Virus record (IMG/VR): IMGVR_UViG_3300034170_000024
Span: 66,117 to 103,822 of that record
Source of the DNA: a virus
Taxonomy: Duplodnaviria; Heunggongvirae; Uroviricota; Caudoviricetes
Length of the DNA stretch: 37,706 nt
Direction: 5' to 3' (one strand)
In this document: piece by piece, positions 33,607-37,706 of the stretch
How positions within the stretch are numbered: the first letter of the stretch is position 1
Layout of the letters: every line of letters starts with the position of its first letter
Position numbers and translations under genes: made by a program
Notes under the pieces: model-generated
Seen by the model: the letters and a program-made list of their open reading frames with translations, nothing else
What the model was told of the DNA's origin: nothing
The model's database searches: none

Positions 33607-33785
33607 TTGGTGGTTATGAAGATTCTTACAACTTTCATGGTGGTGCAGTACTGGCTGATGCTTCTTGTGGTTCCGTAAGCCTCTCAAGTCGCTCAGGAGA
33701 CGTTTTAACTCTAAACCTTGATCACGACCCTGAATACACAATGAGTGGTCTTACAGAGCCTTGTAGCTTGTCTGAGAAGTGGTGA
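33603..33785 (+). CDS. hypothetical protein
   Basis: ORF track; GAGGTG RBS, GTGA overlap. Confidence 0.55.
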   Translation: MIGGYEDSYNFHGGAVLADASCGSVSLSSRSGDVLTLNLDHDPEYTMSGLTEPCSLSEKW

Positions 33786-33859
33786 TATGACGTATTGACA
33801 TTTTCATGCTATTAGGTTACAGTACTTACTTCTATAAATTAACCAGAAGGAATAAGTAT

Positions 33860-34048
33860 GTGAACAAGCCCGATAGCTATGAATCTGTAATGAAAGAACT
33901 GGAAGAGGTTAATGATCTTCTTGAAAATAGTGTTGACATGATTGCTGATGTCGAGTATCCTGATGAAATCAAATTTAGGTTTGAATATGCATTTGAATCA
34001 GTTACTGAAAGACATTCAGCTTACAAGCGGAGGATAAGCAATGCATAA
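33860..34048 (+). CDS. hypothetical protein
   Basis: ORF track 33806..34048; likely GTG start after AAGGA. Confidence 0.6.
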   Translation: MNKPDSYESVMKELEEVNDLLENSVDMIADVEYPDEIKFRFEYAFESVTERHSAYKRRISNA

Positions 34049-34141
34049 AGAAGAATACGAAGGTTTCTCACCAGTAGGAGTTGGTGAAGGTATTGGTGCA
34101 GAAGAATGAAAGACGAAAGACCAGATATTTGATAAAAGGTA

Positions 34142-34170
34142 TTGACAGTTAAGGAATGCATCTGTATAAT
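34142..34170 (+). promoter_or_regulatory. consensus sigma70 promoter of the tRNA cluster
   Basis: TTGACA-N17-TATAAT. Confidence 0.85.
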
Positions 34171-34322
34171 GGGCAACATATCCAGACAGAAGAGCATTCC
34201 CGAACTGATTAATTGGTACGTAGCCCTCTCCTCTACGGAATCAGGTGATGTAAGGGATTGCTTGTTGTGATTCAATGTTAGTGAGCATTGGCCTTCTGAA
34301 TCATAACAACAAATTAGTAAAT

Positions 34323-34399
34323 GGGTCTTTAGTATAATTGGTTAATGCTGTCTGCTCATAACAGATAAGATGCGGATTCAAGTTCCGTGGGACTCACCA
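34323..34399 (+). tRNA. tRNA-Met(CAT) (elongator Met or Ile2)
   Basis: Cloverleaf, loop CTCATAA, encoded CCA. Confidence 0.85.
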
Positions 34400-34410
34400 A
34401 AAGAACAAAT

Positions 34411-34484
34411 GCGTGCGTAGTAGAGTGGCTTTGCCCCGGACTTCCAATCCGAAGATGTGGATTCGATTTCCACCGCCCGCACCA
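34411..34484 (+). tRNA. tRNA-Gly(TCC)
   Basis: Loop CTTCCAA, T-arm GTGGA-TTCGATT-TCCAC, CCA. Confidence 0.85.
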
Positions 34485-34490
34485 AACAAT

Positions 34491-34567
34491 AGCGAGATAC
34501 ATTCAATTGGTAGAAGGTTGGGCTCATAACCCGATATGTGCTGGTTCAAGTCCGGCTCTCGCAACCA
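34491..34567 (+). tRNA. tRNA-fMet(CAT)
   Basis: Unpaired 1:72, GGG/CCC anticodon stem, loop CTCATAA, CCA. Confidence 0.85.
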
Positions 34568-34573
34568 AATAAT

Positions 34574-34649
34574 TCCTCTGTAGCTCAGTTGGTAGAGCAA
34601 ACGGCTGTTAACCGTTAGGTCGCTGGTTCGAATCCAGCCGGGGGAGCCA
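34574..34649 (+). tRNA. tRNA-Asn(GTT)
   Basis: Canonical cloverleaf, loop CTGTTAA, CCA. Confidence 0.95.
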
Positions 34650-34654
34650 AACAA

Positions 34655-34781
34655 TACGACATGATGAGACACAGAGTGTAGAGGGTCATGAACTTCTTAT
34701 CCGAGTGGTATGGGTCTTTTGCTCATTAAGATTCACTTAGCGGTGAATGTATAGTTGGTTCGATTCCAACTTGTCGTACCA
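34655..34781 (+). ncRNA. ~127-nt tRNA-like RNA
   Basis: TACGACA/TGTCGTA terminal stem + CCA, T-arm GTTGG-TTCGATT-CCAAC, oversize non-canonical interior. Confidence 0.7.
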
Positions 34782-34813
34782 AATTCGTTGTAAACCAAAA
34801 GAGAGGAACTGTT

Positions 34814-34939
34814 ATGACTAAGTTTTACGATGCAACAAAAGAGCACAAGATGATTGAGAAATCGGCTACTAAGTCGAAAGGTCATCCGAACAAAGGTATT
34901 AAAGGTAAGAATCCTTATTCTGGTAAGGTTACTTCCTAA
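34814..34939 (+). CDS. 41-aa Lys-rich peptide
   Basis: Manually translated MTKFYDATKEHK...; GAGAGG RBS. Confidence 0.6.
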   Translation: MTKFYDATKEHKMIEKSATKSKGHPNKGIKGKNPYSGKVTS

Positions 34940-34949
34940 GTAACAATGA

Positions 34950-35024
34950 CTCCGAGTAGTTCAATTGGAAAGAACACCGGCCTAATCGCTGGAGACTAGG
35001 GTTCGATTCCCGTATAGACTGCCA
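34950..35024 (+). pseudogene. degenerate tRNA (Asp-like)
   Basis: D-arm, anticodon stem, TTCGATT and GCCA retained; acceptor stem unpaired, 6-nt anticodon loop. Confidence 0.6.
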
Positions 35025-35100
35025 AGCACTGATCAGATGGTAACCCATTAGATCGATTGAACAATCTTAAATATGCTGCGAGATGCTGATTGTTCACATT

Positions 35101-35176
35101 GCCGTTATAGCTCAGTTGATAGAGCGCTTGTCTTGTAAGCAAGATGTCCGTGGTTTGAATCCTCGTGACGGCACCA
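35101..35176 (+). tRNA. tRNA-Thr(TGT)
   Basis: Loop CTTGTAA, CCA; D-loop GAT and T-loop TTTG deviate from consensus. Confidence 0.8.
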
Positions 35177-35403
35177 AATTCGTAGAAATGCTATTCGACT
35201 TAAGTCAACAATAGCGAACGGGGTATACGCCCCATTATGTGAGATAACTTGTTGGGGGTTCAACTCCCCATGTATCGAAAGGTATAGAGAGGGTCATGCA
35301 AGGTAAGCTCAACAGGGATACGAAGTTAAATACTAGTCCATACAGAAATATCCCGGTACTAATTCAAACAAGCTTGAGAACATCGCTTGTTAAAAAGAAA
35401 CAT

Positions 35404-35489
35404 GGTTGTATGAAGTCCAGCGGCGAGGACAGTGGGCTGTAACCCCATACAGTGATACATCGTAGGTTCGAGTCCTACTGCAACCACCA
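35404..35489 (+). tRNA. tRNA-Tyr(GTA)
   Basis: Loop CTGTAAC, long variable arm, CCA. Confidence 0.9.
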
Positions 35490-35493
35490 ACAA

Positions 35494-35570
35494 CTCCATA
35501 TAGCTCAGATCGGTAGAGCGCTTGCTTTGGGAGCAAGAGGTCGTAGGTTCGATGCCTACTATGGTGACCA
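35494..35570 (+). tRNA. tRNA-Pro(TGG)
   Basis: Loop TTTGGGA, C1-G72, CCA. Confidence 0.9.
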
Positions 35571-35665
35571 ATTTGCTGAATAGGTTATTAGTCTTTAAGT
35601 AGATGAGGTGATCGTACTAGTCCGGTTAATCGGGGAACTAGCAGCAAACGCGATTAAAGGAGTAT

Positions 35666-35851
35666 ATGATGAAAGTTAAAATGCGTAATCGTAAAACTAA
35701 AGATATGGGAATGGCTGATTGTCGTTGCTGTTCAAGACTTAGTTGGAAAGAACACATTATTGACAAACAAGTACTCAAAGAAGTTTTAGAAGAAACAACG
35801 GAAGATTGGCAGAGCGGCTATTGCAGTGGTCTTGAAAACCGCCGAGTGTAA
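35666..35851 (+). CDS. small basic Cys-containing protein whose 3' end overlaps tRNA-Ser
   Basis: AAGGAG RBS; CRCC motif. Confidence 0.5.
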   Translation: MMKVKMRNRKTKDMGMADCRCCSRLSWKEHIIDKQVLKEVLEETTEDWQSGYCSGLENRRV

Positions 35852-35886
35852 AAGCTCCATCCGTTCGAATCGGATATCTTCCTCCA
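35800..35886 (+). tRNA. tRNA-Ser(TGA)
   Basis: GGAAGAT/ATCTTCC stem, loop CTTGAAA, long variable arm, CCA. Confidence 0.9.
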
Positions 35887-35913
35887 AAACAATTACCCGA
35901 CAAGGAATTGTAG

Positions 35914-35942
35914 AAGCCTCGCTTAATCGCGGGGCTTTTTTG
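35914..35942 (+). terminator. intrinsic terminator of tRNA cluster
   Basis: AAGCCTCGC-ttaatc-GCGGGGCTT-tttt. Confidence 0.85.
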
Positions 35943-35961
35943 CGTCTGTAATTAACTGGTA

Positions 35962-35990
35962 TTGACAAATAACATATTTAACAGTAGAAT
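35962..35990 (+). promoter_or_regulatory. sigma70-type promoter for terS
   Basis: TTGACA-N17-TAGAAT. Confidence 0.75.
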
Positions 35991-36016
35991 GAAACACTTG
36001 ACATAAAGGAGGTACT

Positions 36017-36457
36017 ATGAATCAATATGAAGACATGGGTGAATCTCCTCTACATGAGGAAAGGGATACTCGATTCCAACCCGGTGTTTCTGGTAACCCT
36101 GCTGGAAGACCAAAAGGTTCTGGCAAGAAAAACCCACGATCTAAGATGCGAACTCAACTTGCAAAACTTTGTGAGTTGCAACCAGATGCACTTGAAATTC
36201 TTCGCATTAGTATGACAGGTAAGAACAGTGATGGACAACCTGCTACTATGACCAAAGAGAAAGTTGACATGGCTAAGTTTGTTGTCAACAAGATTGAATC
36301 ACTAAACAACACTTGTCTTCGTGAAGAGATGGCAATCCTTGGTGTTCGTGATAAAGGAAATGACGAAGGCGCTAAACAACTTGAAGAAAACCAATCTGCC
36401 GAAGCAACTGCAACAGGTGCTTTCAGTATGGATTTGGAAAACCAAACATTTAATTGA
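36017..36457 (+). CDS. terS: terminase small subunit (DUF5681-type N-terminus)
   Basis: RFQPGVSGNPAGRPKG motif; two genes upstream of terL. Confidence 0.7.
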   Translation: MNQYEDMGESPLHEERDTRFQPGVSGNPAGRPKGSGKKNPRSKMRTQLAKLCELQPDALEILRISMTGKNSDGQPATMTKEKVDMAKFVVNKIESLNNTCLREEMAILGVRDKGNDEGAKQLEENQSAEATATGAFSMDLENQTFN

Positions 36458-36466
36458 GGAATATTT

Positions 36467-36910
36467 ATGAAATATCATCTGCACGTAACCAGTTCTGATT
36501 CGCTTGGCTTCAACCTGATTGAGAACATTATTGAACTTGCCAACTTGGGTGCCAAGCTGAAGCCGGGTACATTACCAAGTATGCGTTTCCCGCACAGTTG
36601 CTCTATGGAACTTGAAGCAGAGACTCCACCAACCCCGCGTGCAACCGTTCGTGTGTTTGAACAGGATAGTAATAAGGAAATCTTTGCAGCCTTTGTAGAG
36701 CCTGTTGCAGCCACCTTCTCGCTTGATGTTGAAGAAGCTACTGAGGTAGTTGTAGTAGATAAGGGTACAAATGGTGGTACTCCTTGGACCAAAGAACAGT
36801 TGGATAGTATGGATTGGGAAACAGAGTTCAAGGAAGTTTGTAAGGCTGTAGACATCAGTGGTCGTAGTCGAGATAAGATGACTAAAGAATATCTTGCAAA
36901 ATTTGCATAA
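36467..36910 (+). CDS. hypothetical protein
   Basis: ORF track; GAGGA RBS. Confidence 0.85.
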   Translation: MKYHLHVTSSDSLGFNLIENIIELANLGAKLKPGTLPSMRFPHSCSMELEAETPPTPRATVRVFEQDSNKEIFAAFVEPVAATFSLDVEEATEVVVVDKGTNGGTPWTKEQLDSMDWETEFKEVCKAVDISGRSRDKMTKEYLAKFA

Positions 36911-36915
36911 TGGTA

Positions 36916-36944
36916 TTGACAAATAAGACTACTTAGTTTAATAT
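36916..36944 (+). promoter_or_regulatory. sigma70-type promoter for terL
   Basis: TTGACA-N17-TAATAT. Confidence 0.65.
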
Positions 36945-36988
36945 AGGCACTTATATGGAGATAAGAAATTATCTCCTTGGAGAACACC

Positions 36989-37706
36989 ATGAACGAAGTT
37001 CAAATGGTGCGTCCACAATCCCCCTTCCAAGAGAAGTACCTGAAGTCGAATGCAAAGATTCTGGTAGTTGGTGGTGCAGCCGGTAGCTCTAAGAGTTATG
37101 TCGGTTTGATGCGTCACTTACGTTGGGCGCATGATCCAAATTACAATGGTTACTGTATTCGAAAGAACAGTACCACACTTATGAAAGCAGGTGGATTGTT
37201 CCAAGAAGCAATCGCACTGTATCAGAAAGTATTCCCTGACTTGAAGATTAAATGGAAAGATCAGAAACTGGTTTTCCCATCTGGTGCTTCGGTAACATTC
37301 TCTCACTATGAGAACGATGCAGCCGGACAACAGTATCAAGGTCTTCAACTATCTAACGTATTTTATGACGAAGCAACACACGCCTCCGAAGAACATATTT
37401 GGTGGTTGGTGTCACGTCTTCGTACTGGTGCTAAACTCAATCCGTCTATCTGGTTATCATGTAACCCTGATCCTGACAGTTTCCTGTTTGATTGGGTTAA
37501 ATGGTGGTTGTATCCAGAAGGTCACCCTCAACATGGTATTGCTGATCCTGAGAAGAACGGTATTACACGTTATTGTCTCCGTATCAATGGTGATATGGTT
37601 TGGGGTGAAACTCGTGAAGAGTTGCTTGAGAAGTATGGTAAGAAACATTTACCACTTGACCACAAGAAACAAGTTAAACCAATTGCATTCCAAGTATTGT
37701 TAGGCA
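36989..37706 (+). CDS. terL: terminase large subunit (5' part, runs off the window)
   Basis: Manually translated MNEVQMVRPQSPFQ...; Walker A GGAAGSSKS, Walker B VFYDEAT, SCNP motif; absent from the ORF track because it has no stop. Confidence 0.93.
   Translation, partial: MNEVQMVRPQSPFQEKYLKSNAKILVVGGAAGSSKSYVGLMRHLRWAHDPNYNGYCIRKNSTTLMKAGGLFQEAIALYQKVFPDLKIKWKDQKLVFPSGASVTFSHYENDAAGQQYQGLQLSNVFYDEATHASEEHIWWLVSRLRTGAKLNPSIWLSCNPDPDSFLFDWVKWWLYPEGHPQHGIADPEKNGITRYCLRINGDMVWGETREELLEKYGKKHLPLDHKKQVKPIAFQVLLG

Noticed and set aside
34655-34781. tRNA-Sec or suppressor tRNA
   Set aside because: No canonical CT-TCA-AA anticodon loop and no 8/5 acceptor/T fold.
1-37706. CRISPR array or mini-array
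   Set aside because: No run of equal-length direct repeats with unique spacers; repeats seen are promoters, terminators and palindromes.
1-37706. Temperate or plasmid-prophage explanation for the parS sites
   Set aside because: No integrase, repressor, parA or parB recognisable in the window; content (terL, ligase, RNA repair, tRNAs, host-takeover block) looks virulent. The rest of the genome is unseen, so this is not fully excluded.

Overview
A 37.7 kb segment of a large, strictly lytic-looking dsDNA tailed phage with roughly 40% GC. The gene order resembles rV5/phi92-type myoviruses; this is an inference and the exact taxon is not determined. Layout: (1) 1-1550, the end of a + strand block of small hypothetical genes, then a terminator. 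(2) About 1600-2190, non-coding. (3) About 2190-12880, a + strand host-takeover-type region of ~35 tiny ORFs driven by ~18 near-consensus sigma70 promoters. It includes a very acidic DNA-mimic-like protein, a winged-HTH protein, a minimal J-domain protein and a His-Me nuclease-like protein. (4) About 12880-13900, hairpin-rich and non-coding. (5) 13928-32740, a - strand block with DUF551, GIY-YIG, PD-(D/E)XK, cupin, Toprim, Ser/Thr phosphatase, an amber-interrupted SLOG gene, DNA ligase, dCMP deaminase, an HD hydrolase, the NAMPT-like + PRPP-synthetase-like pair (NARP1-type NAD+ reconstitution), PNKP and RNA ligase 1. (6) An AT-rich divergent region. (7) A tRNA cluster with 7 intact tRNAs, a pseudo-tRNA and tRNA-like RNAs. 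(8) terS, a hypothetical gene and the 5' part of terL. The most striking unexplained signal is three intergenic, near-perfect bacterial chromosomal parS centromere sites (TGTTCCACGTG[G/A]AAC[A/C/G]) confined to the early region, with no parAB gene in the window. This suggests a lytic phage recruiting or titrating the host ParABS system.
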